A stretch of 64,000 bases of DNA from an uncultured Bacilli bacterium (GTDB lineage Bacteria; Bacillota_I; Bacilli_A; RF39; UBA660). The notes below the pieces were generated by a model. It did no database searches and was not told the DNA's origin. It worked only from the letters and a program-made list of their open reading frames with translations. The first letter of the stretch is position 1; every line of letters starts with the position of its first letter. The stretch spans positions 6,380-70,379 of the forward strand of contig CAKORR010000005.1 in NCBI GenBank assembly GCA_934101595.1, given 5' to 3'. Below, in pieces: positions 50,138-59,766 of the stretch. Both the position numbers and the translations under genes were made by a program.

Positions 50138-50812
50138 TTAACGAATTAAGTCACTAATCACATGGCTAGCAATTATAAATCCTGCAGCATTCGGTACAAA
50201 AGGTGTACTTCCGGGTACTCTATCGGAAACTTTTTTAGGAAGTTCGTCACTTGTTAAAACAACACATTTTTTTAAATTAATATGCTCATTTTTAACGATT
50301 TTTCTCATTACTTTAGCAACTGGATCATTCATAGTTTTATCTAAAGTAGTAATTTTTAGTTTGGTCGGATCAAAACGATTACCTGTACCAAGGCAAGTTA
50401 TTAGTTTTCTATTATTATTAAAAGCATATTTTATAATATCTTTTTTAGTGGTTATCGTATCACAGGCATCAATTATATAATCATAATCATTAAGTATTTC
50501 CAAATTATTTTTAGTAAGAAAAGTAGCCAGAGCCGTAATATTACACTCAGGATTTATGCTTTTTGCTCGTTTTTCGGCAACATCAACTTTTTTAAAACCA
50601 ATATTATCCATATTAGTAATAATTTGCCTATTAAGATTAGTAATATCTACATTATCATTATCAATTATTTTAATGTTTTTTATACCACTTCTTACTAGAC
50701 CTTCTAAGACTGCTCCACCTACTCCTCCAACACCAACTATTACAACTTTAGCGTTTGCTATTTTTAAAAAATCACTTTCACTAATTATTTTCTTTAATCT
50801 ATCAAATTGCAC
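50138..50812 (-). CDS. tcdA: ThiF/HesA-family protein, tRNA threonylcarbamoyladenosine dehydratase-like
   Basis: GVGGVGG nucleotide loop and NLNRQ, with ThiF-family length. Confidence 0.65.
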   Translation of the reverse strand: MQFDRLKKIISESDFLKIANAKVVIVGVGGVGGAVLEGLVRSGIKNIKIIDNDNVDITNLNRQIITNMDNIGFKKVDVAEKRAKSINPECNITALATFLTKNNLEILNDYDYIIDACDTITTKKDIIKYAFNNNRKLITCLGTGNRFDPTKLKITTLDKTMNDPVAKVMRKIVKNEHINLKKCVVLTSDELPKKVSDRVPGSTPFVPNAAGFIIASHVISDLIR

Positions 50813-51061
50813 AATATCACTCCATTAAAAAACCCAAAAGGTAGTTTGCTGTGATAAAAAACCTGCACACGCAAGGTGGGTATGCACATGACTATCTTTA
50901 GGATCCTAATTCACTTAATGGATTAGTCTTCAACACGGATAATCAATTAGATTCCCTTATATATCACTTAGTCGGTTTTATGAAAAACAAACTATCCTTC
51001 CAGGTATTAATATTATAACATATTTTCTAATTCTAATACATAAAATTTATCATCTTTACAT
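50813..51061 (-). ncRNA. candidate structured 5' leader (riboswitch/attenuator) of the tcdA-srtB-adhesin operon
   Basis: 249-nt untranslated gap with locally elevated GC (ccugcacacgcaaggugggu...). It ends in a bulged 5-bp hairpin plus U6 about 50 nt before the tcdA start. Confidence 0.25.
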
Positions 51062-52831
51062 TTAATTAACTTCTGATTTCCAGCATTTTGAAACGTCGCA
51101 ACTTGAACTATAAGGAGTTGGGTTTGGCATATCCATTTTAATGATCATAGGAATTTTAAAAGCACTTCCAAAACCTACACAACTTCCTGGTTGCAATACT
51201 TTTTGCTTTTCTATTACATCACTTGATATATTTGGTAACATTTCTTCAATATATTTTATGTCTTTAGGATGGGTCATTTTAAAAATCAAAAAGTTTGAAC
51301 ATTGAGCAATAACGGTATCAGAAATTTCAACTGGTCTTTGGGAAATAATGTCAAGTAAAACTCCATATTTACGTCCTTCTTTAGCAATACGGTCAAAAAT
51401 ATTATAACCAATCAAGAAAGTATCAATATCTTTTTGAATATATCTATGGGCTTCTTCTAAGAACAAATGATATGGTTTACTTGCTCTATCTTTCATTTTT
51501 TTAGAAGCTTCAAATAATAATCTTGAAAATATTTTAACAATTACTTTGGCGTAAACATCATCAATATCTTCCAAATTTATATTAATAATTTGAGCTTCAG
51601 CGCCATTTATTTTAGACAAGGAATCAATATATTCATTTACATCCCAATACTTATCTCCTGAAAAGTAAGAGCCAACTTTGCTAGTAATTATACTATTAAT
51701 TCTTACTTTCAAAATTATAGCGTCAGAATAAAGATTTTCATTTCCTTGAAATCCTTCACTAATTAATGTGAATTCTAAAGCTTTTCCAAAATCCTTAATA
51801 GAATAATAACTATTATCTGGAACGACTATATTTTCAATATCATCTTTAATATAACTTAATATATAGTTAGTAATTAAAACACTTTCCCCAAAATAGCCAT
51901 TCGAATCAATTTCAAAACATTCACTAAATGTTCTAGTGTAACCTAATCCAGGTATCACTGAATCAAAGTTAAATTCCTGGGTATTACATACTTCGATAAT
52001 AGTGAATATTTCATTTTTTTTACTAGCTGTTGTTTGATTAGAAAATAAAACTGCTAGTAATGCTTTTGCAATTAAATGATTTTTATAAATTCTTGCTTCT
52101 TCGTTATTTTGGGCAAATATCTTGGCTAATCTTATCGTTCTTTCAATTATTGGAAGTTGGCTGTGATTTGTAGCTTGTAACATTAAAGCCCAATCATCAA
52201 GGGTTAATAAATGAGTTGGAATATCAAGCTTAAAATCATTTGCTGACTCCACATTAGTAGTAATAAATTTATAATTATAATTAGGATCAATTTGATTTAA
52301 CGAGCTGAATGCATTTTTATACTCGCCATATGCATCAAAGAAAAATAATTTTGCTTTAGCTGTGTGCATATTGGGATTTGCAAATATATTTTGAACAATT
52401 CTTGAAACACCACAAGATTTACCACTACCTGAATTACCAAATATCGCTAAATGGTTTGAAAATAACGCGTTGATTTCCGGATAAATAGTAAAATTTTTAT
52501 AGGTTGCACTACGGCCAAGTTCAAATGATTTATCACTTGGAGAGCCTATTAATAAAAGCAGCTCAGAATTATTAATTATTCTTATTTTTGAAGACAATAA
52601 TGGTTTTCTCATAATACCATTTAAATATCTTCCATTTACATACTCACCTAGAAATCTAATTTTCATAGTTTTATCATTTAATTCAGTAATTTCTCCTAAT
52701 ATTCTTTGATCTTGCGATTCAAAAATAACATGAACATTCATTAAATCTGCTGATATATTGCCTTGTGAAATATTTTCAACCTCTGCAATATTATCAGAAA
52801 TGTAAAGTATCCTTCCAAACATAATAGTCAC
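51062..52831 (-). CDS. HerA/FtsK-like (DUF87-type) ATPase, solitary
   Basis: N-terminal HAS-barrel-like region, Walker A GNSGSGKS, Walker B HLFLEEAHRY. 589 aa. Confidence 0.5.
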   Translation of the reverse strand: MTIMFGRILYISDNIAEVENISQGNISADLMNVHVIFESQDQRILGEITELNDKTMKIRFLGEYVNGRYLNGIMRKPLLSSKIRIINNSELLLLIGSPSDKSFELGRSATYKNFTIYPEINALFSNHLAIFGNSGSGKSCGVSRIVQNIFANPNMHTAKAKLFFFDAYGEYKNAFSSLNQIDPNYNYKFITTNVESANDFKLDIPTHLLTLDDWALMLQATNHSQLPIIERTIRLAKIFAQNNEEARIYKNHLIAKALLAVLFSNQTTASKKNEIFTIIEVCNTQEFNFDSVIPGLGYTRTFSECFEIDSNGYFGESVLITNYILSYIKDDIENIVVPDNSYYSIKDFGKALEFTLISEGFQGNENLYSDAIILKVRINSIITSKVGSYFSGDKYWDVNEYIDSLSKINGAEAQIININLEDIDDVYAKVIVKIFSRLLFEASKKMKDRASKPYHLFLEEAHRYIQKDIDTFLIGYNIFDRIAKEGRKYGVLLDIISQRPVEISDTVIAQCSNFLIFKMTHPKDIKYIEEMLPNISSDVIEKQKVLQPGSCVGFGSAFKIPMIIKMDMPNPTPYSSSCDVSKCWKSEVN

Positions 52832-52890
52832 CTCTTATTATGAATAAATTATAACATAACCATAAAAAAAAGTAAAAATTAATTTACTTT

Positions 52891-54342
52891 CTAATTGTTT
52901 AATTTATCATTTAATAACTCTTTTGTTATAACAGGATTAGCTTTTCCTCTAGTTTCTTTCATAACTTGGCCAACAAAAAAGTCAAAAAGATTAGTTTTAC
53001 CAAGCTTATACGCTTCAACTTGATTTTGATTATTACTAATTATTGTTTCAATTATTTCTTTTAAAATTGCCTTATCAGATATTTGACTATCTAATTTTTC
53101 AATTAATAATTTTGGCTCTTTTTTTTCAAGTAGAGCCTTCGTAAATACTTCTTTGGCTTGTTTAGAAGAAATATTACCACTTAATATGGCGTCAATAATT
53201 TCTTTTAAGTAAACTGGAGTAATAAAGAATTCATCTATTGAAATATTTTCTTTATTTAATTCTCCAATTATATTAACACACAACCAATTAGAGGCCATAA
53301 CCGCATCAATATTTAACGCTAAACACTTATCATAATAATCAGATATACTCTTTTCTTTAATTATAGTTTGAGCATCATTTTCTTTAACGTTTAAATCCAT
53401 ATATCTCTTTTTGCGTTCATATGGCAATTCTGGAATTTCTTTTTTTATTTCCTGAAGCCATTTGCTAGTTATTTTATATTTAGGTATATTTGGTTCAACA
53501 AAGTATTTATAATCAATGGCATCAACCTTTGAACGCATAAACTTAGTTACGCCGGCTTCTTCATCCCAGCGTCTTGTTTCTTGCTTTACTTCCTCAAAAT
53601 AAGTGTTATTTTCTTTAGCTTTAATTTGTCTTTCAATTTCATAGTTTATGACATCTTTTACAGCACTAAATGAATTAACATTTTTAATTTCTACTTTAGT
53701 TCCCCAATTCATAGGATCAGTTGGATCTTTTTCACTATCCATTATTGAGACATTGACATCGCATCTGATTTGGCCTTTTTTACTATCAGCATCAGATATA
53801 TTAGCATATCTGTAAATAAGACGCATATGTTCTAAAAAAGCTACAGCATCATTAGCGTTGTGCAAATCAGGTTCTGTGACTAATTCTAATAAAGGTACTC
53901 CTGCTCTATTATAATCAATCATACTATTATTTTCATAATGGTCTAAAGAAGCAGAGTCTTCTTCTAGGTGAATATTATTAATTCTTATAGTTTTTTCTTC
54001 ACCATTGCTAGTAAATTTTACTTCACCATCAATTCCTACCGGAATTGGCTTTGTATCTTGGGTTATTTGATATCCTTTAGGTAAATCAGGATAATAGTAA
54101 TTCTTTCTTTCAAAGTACATATATTCTGGTTGCTTACAAGACAAAATAATACTTGCCATTAGTGATTTTTTTACAGCTTCTTTATTTACAACCGGAAGTG
54201 TACCTGGAAATCCAAGATCAACTGGTCTAATATTACTATTAGCGTATTCTGTAAATTCATTTTTGGCTGATGAAAACACCTTTGTGTTTGTTTTACTTAT
54301 TTCACAATGCATTTCCAATCCAATGCAAGGTATATACTTCAT
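52891..54342 (-). CDS. gatB: Asp-tRNA(Asn)/Glu-tRNA(Gln) amidotransferase subunit B
   Basis: Characteristic N-terminus MKYIPCIGLEMHCEI and a GatB/YqeY tail. Confidence 0.95.
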   Translation of the reverse strand: MKYIPCIGLEMHCEISKTNTKVFSSAKNEFTEYANSNIRPVDLGFPGTLPVVNKEAVKKSLMASIILSCKQPEYMYFERKNYYYPDLPKGYQITQDTKPIPVGIDGEVKFTSNGEEKTIRINNIHLEEDSASLDHYENNSMIDYNRAGVPLLELVTEPDLHNANDAVAFLEHMRLIYRYANISDADSKKGQIRCDVNVSIMDSEKDPTDPMNWGTKVEIKNVNSFSAVKDVINYEIERQIKAKENNTYFEEVKQETRRWDEEAGVTKFMRSKVDAIDYKYFVEPNIPKYKITSKWLQEIKKEIPELPYERKKRYMDLNVKENDAQTIIKEKSISDYYDKCLALNIDAVMASNWLCVNIIGELNKENISIDEFFITPVYLKEIIDAILSGNISSKQAKEVFTKALLEKKEPKLLIEKLDSQISDKAILKEIIETIISNNQNQVEAYKLGKTNLFDFFVGQVMKETRGKANPVITKELLNDKLNN

Positions 54343-55796
54343 TATTCTACCTCCTTGGCAATTTGATTTTTATAATCCATCGTTTGTTCTAAAGCATAAG
54401 CGATATTAAGAACATTCTCATCATCATAACAATTTCCAGTAATATTTATACCAACTGGCAATCCAGATACAAATCCATCCGGAATAGTTATAGAAGGAAA
54501 TCCACCATAATTTCCGATTTGAAGATGTTCATCAAGTGCTGTCAATTCATCACTTAAGGATTCGTTATCACTAAATTTCTTAGCTGGACCAATACCAACA
54601 GGTAAAACTACCGCATCATAGGTCTTATATAAATTTTTCCATGTATCAACAAGTAGTCTTCTTACTCTTTGAGCATTATTAAAATATCTTTCTTTATTTT
54701 CTTTTTGCAAAACATAACTACCAATTATAAATCTTCTTTTGATAAGCGGAGAAAAACCTTTAGTACGATAATCTTTAATCATATCAATGTAATTGTTACC
54801 ATTTCCACGAGGTCCAAATATTATACCTGTTAAATTGCTCATATTACTTGTAGCTTCAGCTGAATGAATTACAACATATGCACTAAATGAGGCATTAAGT
54901 AGATCTCTTGGTACACTAACCTCTTCCACCTGAACACCAAGTTTTTTAAGATTATTTAATACTTCAAAAAAGTTTTCAAGATGATCTTTTAATGTTTTAG
55001 AAGGGTTTTTATAATTATCTATATTACATAATTCTTTTATATAACATACTTTTTTTCCTTTAACATTGCCATTTAGTGCCTCACTTAAATGAATATTTTT
55101 TGAATCCCAAGAAGTCATATCATTTTCGTCAATGCCTTTCATATTGTCTACAACTAAACTGGCATCATAGACATTTCTTGCTAAAACACCCAAGTGATCA
55201 AGGCTTGAAGCAAAGGGAAACACCCCATAACGTGAAATCATACCGTAAGTAGGCTTATAGCCGACAATGCCACAATACGCTGCAGGCTTACGAATGGAAT
55301 CTCCTGTGTCAGTACCAGTTGCATATGGAAAAACACCGGCTGCAACAGCACAAGCTGAACCTGCAGATGAACCAGCACACATTCTTGTCTTATCCCAGGG
55401 ATTTAAAACTTTGCCTGTGTGACCAGTAGTTCCAGTACCTCCCATACCAAATTCATCTAAAACTGTTTTTCCTAGTTTTACTGCTCCAGCTTTGTCCAAA
55501 TTTACAATGCTAGTAGCCGAAAAAAATGGTACATAGTCTTTTAGCGTATTTGAAGAACCCGTAGATAAAATATCCTTAGTCGAATAATTATCTTTTATTC
55601 CATAAGGTATACCCGATAAAATATTATCAGTAACCTCAACTGGCTTAGCATCATCAATAATTGTCACAAATGCATTATATTTGTTATTTACAAGATGAGC
55701 TTTTTCTAATGATTCCTTGATTAATTCCTCACTAGTTACTTCTTTTTTCATTAACGCTTCATGAATTAATCTTAAGTCTTTGTCCATGTATTTCAT
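54342..55796 (-). CDS. gatA: amidotransferase subunit A (amidase signature family)
   Basis: Amidase signature GGSSAGSA and Ser-cisSer-Lys triad context. Confidence 0.95.
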   Translation of the reverse strand: MKYMDKDLRLIHEALMKKEVTSEELIKESLEKAHLVNNKYNAFVTIIDDAKPVEVTDNILSGIPYGIKDNYSTKDILSTGSSNTLKDYVPFFSATSIVNLDKAGAVKLGKTVLDEFGMGGTGTTGHTGKVLNPWDKTRMCAGSSAGSACAVAAGVFPYATGTDTGDSIRKPAAYCGIVGYKPTYGMISRYGVFPFASSLDHLGVLARNVYDASLVVDNMKGIDENDMTSWDSKNIHLSEALNGNVKGKKVCYIKELCNIDNYKNPSKTLKDHLENFFEVLNNLKKLGVQVEEVSVPRDLLNASFSAYVVIHSAEATSNMSNLTGIIFGPRGNGNNYIDMIKDYRTKGFSPLIKRRFIIGSYVLQKENKERYFNNAQRVRRLLVDTWKNLYKTYDAVVLPVGIGPAKKFSDNESLSDELTALDEHLQIGNYGGFPSITIPDGFVSGLPVGINITGNCYDDENVLNIAYALEQTMDYKNQIAKEVE

Positions 55797-56092
55797 TAGC
55801 CCACCACCTTTGGTACGATTATCTCTTCACCATCATGGCAATCACAATTTTTTAGTAATTCTTCGCGAGTAATAGAATCTTCAACCACATCTTCTCTTAG
55901 CTGATATTCAAAATCATCAAGTGCATGTGTCATTGGTTCAGCGTCTTTAATGTTTGGTATTTTATTAATTAAATCTATTTGTCTATCTATTTTGTCAAAT
56001 TCATCAAGCACCATTTTATTTTCTTCTTCAGAAAGGCCAATTAATAGCTTATCAGCCAAATCATTAACTAATTCTTTCGTAAACATATACAC
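55796..56092 (-). CDS. gatC: amidotransferase subunit C
   Basis: 98 aa, and a position upstream of gatA with overlapping stop/start. Confidence 0.85.
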   Translation of the reverse strand: MYMFTKELVNDLADKLLIGLSEEENKMVLDEFDKIDRQIDLINKIPNIKDAEPMTHALDDFEYQLREDVVEDSITREELLKNCDCHDGEEIIVPKVVG

Positions 56093-56094
56093 TC

Positions 56095-57474
56095 CTAATA
56101 TTCACAAGATCCTGGAGTTCTTGGATATGGTATAACATCTCTTATATTATCTACACCCGTTAAATATATTAGCAATCTTTCAAATCCCATGCCAAATCCT
56201 GAGTGAACACAACCACCATATCTTCTTAGGTTCATATACCATTCAAGTTGTGATGCATCCATGCTAAGTTCTTGCATTCTGTTTTTAAGTTTATCATAAT
56301 TTTCTTCTCTTTGACTGCCACCCATTAATTCACCAGCTCCTGGAACTTCTAAGTCTACAGCGGCAACAGTTTCATTATCACTATTTTGCTTCATATAAAA
56401 GGCTTTAATATCTTTAGGCCAGTTCTTTATAAAAACCGGTCCATTAAAGTATTCTGTAATATATTTTTCATGTTCTTTAGCAATATCTTCACCATATTCC
56501 GGAGCAAATTCCCACTTTACATCAGCTTCTTTTAATATTTTTATAACATCTTTATGATCTATTCTGGTAAATTTACTAGTAACAAGCTTATTTAATTTAT
56601 CTGTTAATCCGGGTTCAACAAACTTATCAAAAAATGCTATTTCATTAGAACATTTATCCAAAACATATTTGACAACATATTTTAACATATCTTCCATTAT
56701 GTCCATATCTTGCTCTAGATCACAAAAAGCTATTTCAGGTTCAATCATCCAAAATTCATTGGCATGAGTTTTAGTGTTAGAATTTTCAGCTCTAAAAGTT
56801 GGGCCAAATGTATAAGTTTTCTTATAAGCCATAGCAAATGTTTCAGCTTCAAGTTGACCAGATACAGTTAAATTGGCTTGTTTAGAAAAGAAATCTTTCT
56901 TATAATCAACTTTACCATCATTAGCTATCTTATCTAAATCAAGAGTAGTAACTTGAAACATCTCACCTGCTCCCTCACAATCACTGGCAGTAATTAATGG
57001 GGCATGAAAGTAAACATAATTTCTATCTTGAAAATATTTATGAATAGCATATGCTGCTACACTTCTAACTCTAAATACAGCATTAAATAGATTAGTACGT
57101 GGTCTTAAATAAGCTATTTCTCTTAAAAATTCTCTAGTAGGTCTTCCTTTTTTTTGCAAAGGATAATCATCTTCCACATCGCCAAGTAAAGAATAATCTA
57201 CAAGTAAAAGTTCAAACTCTTGTCCTTCTTTAGGTGAAGAAATAAGTTTTCCTTGAACTCTAATTGCACTTCCTATCTTGACTTTAGTTAACTCTAAAAA
57301 GTTTTTAATAGATTCATCATCATAAACAACTTGCAGAGTTTTAAAACAAGTACCATCACTTAAATCTATAAAACCAAAATGAGCTTGCTTACGATGAGCC
57401 TTAACCCAACCATTTATAGTAATTTCTTTATCTATATATTTTTCTTTTTCTTTATAAATATCTATTATATCCAT
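56095..57474 (-). CDS. asnS: asparagine--tRNA ligase
   Basis: Class IIb aaRS. FRAENSNTKTHANEFWMIEPE and the C-terminal block KDIKAFYM...GGSQREE...HSGFGMGFERLL...IPYPRTPGS match AsnRS rather than AspRS. Confidence 0.8.
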   Translation of the reverse strand: MDIIDIYKEKEKYIDKEITINGWVKAHRKQAHFGFIDLSDGTCFKTLQVVYDDESIKNFLELTKVKIGSAIRVQGKLISSPKEGQEFELLLVDYSLLGDVEDDYPLQKKGRPTREFLREIAYLRPRTNLFNAVFRVRSVAAYAIHKYFQDRNYVYFHAPLITASDCEGAGEMFQVTTLDLDKIANDGKVDYKKDFFSKQANLTVSGQLEAETFAMAYKKTYTFGPTFRAENSNTKTHANEFWMIEPEIAFCDLEQDMDIMEDMLKYVVKYVLDKCSNEIAFFDKFVEPGLTDKLNKLVTSKFTRIDHKDVIKILKEADVKWEFAPEYGEDIAKEHEKYITEYFNGPVFIKNWPKDIKAFYMKQNSDNETVAAVDLEVPGAGELMGGSQREENYDKLKNRMQELSMDASQLEWYMNLRRYGGCVHSGFGMGFERLLIYLTGVDNIRDVIPYPRTPGSCEY

Positions 57475-57488
57475 TAATTTTATCTCCT

Positions 57489-58754
57489 TTAGAACGTAGA
57501 AACAATGTAATCTATTATTTCTGCTTCATCAACTTTTGTTTCTTCTTTAGTTATATTATCTTTAACATTTATTAAGCCTCTACTTAAATCATCACTATTT
57601 AATATGATTAAAGCTTTGGCCATAAACCTATCAGCTTCTTTAAATTGAGCCTTCAACCCTCTATTATTATTTTCGGTTTCAACTTTTAAGCCACTCATCC
57701 TTAAATCTTGAACTAATGATAGAGCTTTTAATTTTTCTTCTTCATTTACATACATTACAAAAACATCTATACCAGAATTAAGGCTATCAGCTTCATTAAT
57801 AGTATTCAAAACCGTTACAAGTCTGTCTAAGCCAAAAGCCATTCCAACAGCAGGTATATCTGGTCCACCTAATTCATTTACTAAATTATTATATCTTCCA
57901 CCAGCTCCTAACGTATTAGCATTACCTAAATCTTTTAATTGAGTAGTAAATTCAAAAACTGTGTGATTATAATAATCTAATCCTCTAACAATATTAGAAT
58001 CAACTTCATAATCAACATCTAAAAGATCTAAATATGACAAAATTGTTTTAAAACGTTTACTGCTTTCTATATTTAAATAATCTAATATATTAGGAACATT
58101 TTTAAGTATTTCATTATCTTTATCAAATTTACAATCTAAAATCCTTAATGGATTTGTTTTGAATCTAGATTGACAATCTGGGCATAATTCATTAATGTGT
58201 GGCTCCAAATAACTCTTTAGAGCCTTTTTATAGTCTTCACGCGACTCATTATCACCCAAAGAATTAATGTGTACGGTTACATCCTCAATCCCAGCTTCTT
58301 CAAGGAAACGATAACCCATACTTATTACTTCAGCATCAATATAAGCATCATCACTTCCTAAGGCTTCAACACCAAACTGGGTAAACTCTCTAAATCTACC
58401 TGACTGAGGTCTTTCATAACGATACATTGTACCATTATAATATAATTTTTTAGGCATAATTGCATCGCCATACATTTTGTTTTCTATAAAACTACGTACA
58501 ACCCCAGCGGTTCCTTCTGGCCTTAATGTTAGCGATCTGTCAGAGCGATCTTTAAAATCATATGTTTCTTTTTTTACTATATCAGAGCTTTCACCAACGC
58601 TTCTATGAAATAATTCACTATTTTCAAAAATTGGCGTTCTTATAAATTCATAATTGTAGCAACTACAAAGCTCATCTATAAGTCTATTTAAATAAAGCCA
58701 CGTTCTAGAATCCTTTCCATAAATATCACATGTTCCTTTTGGTTTTGTAATCAT
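57489..58754 (-). CDS. hisS: histidine--tRNA ligase
   Basis: Class IIa motifs, GGRYNNLV...GMAFGLDRL and a C-terminal anticodon-binding domain. Confidence 0.95.
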   Translation of the reverse strand: MITKPKGTCDIYGKDSRTWLYLNRLIDELCSCYNYEFIRTPIFENSELFHRSVGESSDIVKKETYDFKDRSDRSLTLRPEGTAGVVRSFIENKMYGDAIMPKKLYYNGTMYRYERPQSGRFREFTQFGVEALGSDDAYIDAEVISMGYRFLEEAGIEDVTVHINSLGDNESREDYKKALKSYLEPHINELCPDCQSRFKTNPLRILDCKFDKDNEILKNVPNILDYLNIESSKRFKTILSYLDLLDVDYEVDSNIVRGLDYYNHTVFEFTTQLKDLGNANTLGAGGRYNNLVNELGGPDIPAVGMAFGLDRLVTVLNTINEADSLNSGIDVFVMYVNEEEKLKALSLVQDLRMSGLKVETENNNRGLKAQFKEADRFMAKALIILNSDDLSRGLINVKDNITKEETKVDEAEIIDYIVSTF

Positions 58755-58771
58755 TCTTATCCCTCCAATAA

Positions 58772-58930
58772 AAAAACCTAGCTCATGTAAGGACGGATAA
58801 TCCGCGGTGCCACCTTACTTTACTAGGTACTCTCATAAATTTATCGCATTTCTGCGTTTTCTAATATGTAAAGTTGTTCATTTCTTTTATAAACCATTAG
58901 GCATTCCCAGCATCTAGCCCTCTCTTAAAA
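58772..58930 (-). promoter_or_regulatory. T-box riboswitch leader upstream of hisS
   Basis: The minus-strand RNA contains AGAGAG...GGGAAUGCC (stem I) and the T-box sequence AAGGUGGCACCGCGG, followed by a hairpin and U7 just before the hisS RBS. Confidence 0.6.
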
Positions 58931-58977
58931 CTTTAAATAAAATACTTTTTCTTTACTTAGAAAAATTATTATAGTCT

Positions 58978-59088
58978 TATTTTATAGCAATTACGTGTTT
59001 TAGTCAATAATTCAATTAAAAAATATAAAAAAACCATTAACGTGGTTTTCTTGTTCTCGTTAATGGCTTATCTTCTATCATAGGTGTT
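58978..59088. repeat. ~110-bp conserved 3' module (copy 1): last 10 codons plus hairpin ccattaacg/cgttaatgg plus ~60 bp downstream
   Basis: Near-identical (about 5 mismatches) to 59668..59766. Confidence 0.8.
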
Positions 59089-59630
59089 GTTAATTGCTCA
59101 TAATTTGGAGCTTTAGTTATAGTTTTTTCTACATATTCTTTATTAGATTCCTGTAATTGGTCATTAGTAACTCTTTCTTGTTCTAGAGTTTCAGTTCTAT
59201 ATTCACTATAACTTCTTACAATTTCTCTAGCTTTTTTTAAAGACTCTTTTTTTGCTTTTAAATCTTTCGACTTACCAGAAGAAACATCAACTTTTTTAAA
59301 TAGACGCATAACACCGACGCCGTTTGAAATGCATAATGTGAAAAGTATTGCGAGGTGTGGCAAAGCGTAACCGCCTAAACCTTTTAAATTAACTAATCCT
59401 TCTAAAATGGTAAATATAAAAAGCAGTCCAAATGCACTATAGCACCCATCGAGAAAACTACATAGTCGTTCAAATCTACTTTTTTTCTTTTCATCATCTA
59501 TTTTATCAATTCTTTCACAAAGTTCTATCTCTTTTTTTGTTAATTCCTCTTCAGAAGTATTATTATTAACTAGTTCCATAACTTCATCTATAGGATTTAT
59601 TTCGTTTTCTAAAATATTTTCATCTTCCAT
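59037..59630 (-). CDS. 2-TM membrane protein of unknown family (paralog 1)
   Basis: Acidic N-terminal ~55 aa, two adjacent TM helices, a C-terminal ~90 aa coiled/charged region and the tail EDKPLTRTRKPR. Confidence 0.4.
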   Translation of the reverse strand: MEDENILENEINPIDEVMELVNNNTSEEELTKKEIELCERIDKIDDEKKKSRFERLCSFLDGCYSAFGLLFIFTILEGLVNLKGLGGYALPHLAILFTLCISNGVGVMRLFKKVDVSSGKSKDLKAKKESLKKAREIVRSYSEYRTETLEQERVTNDQLQESNKEYVEKTITKAPNYEQLTTPMIEDKPLTRTRKPR

Positions 59631-59667
59631 GTAGGTTCCTCTTTTCTTTTTGAAACATGATATTAAA

Positions 59668-59766
59668 TATTTTATAGCAATTACATGTTTTAGTCAATAA
59701 TTCAATTAAAAAATATAAAAAAGCCATTAACGTGGTTTTCTTGCTCTCGTTAATGGTTTATCTTCT
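59668..59766. repeat. ~110-bp conserved 3' module (copy 2)
   Basis: Near-identical to copy 1. It includes an inverted repeat that encodes ...PLTRARKPR and acts as a terminator-like hairpin followed by a T-run on the coding strand. Confidence 0.8.

Noticed and set aside
50556-50828. 90-aa + strand ORF
   Set aside because: Antisense to the tcdA gene.
50813-51061. tRNA or tmRNA gene in the GC-rich gap
   Set aside because: No cloverleaf-compatible acceptor/T-arm pairing (no GTTCRANYC T-loop) and no tmRNA 3' CCA-proximal consensus. Kept only as a candidate cis-regulatory leader.
56095-57474. Non-discriminating archaeal-type AspRS feeding GatCAB
   Set aside because: FWMIEPE and the C-terminal block match AsnRS signatures closely, so asnS was called instead.
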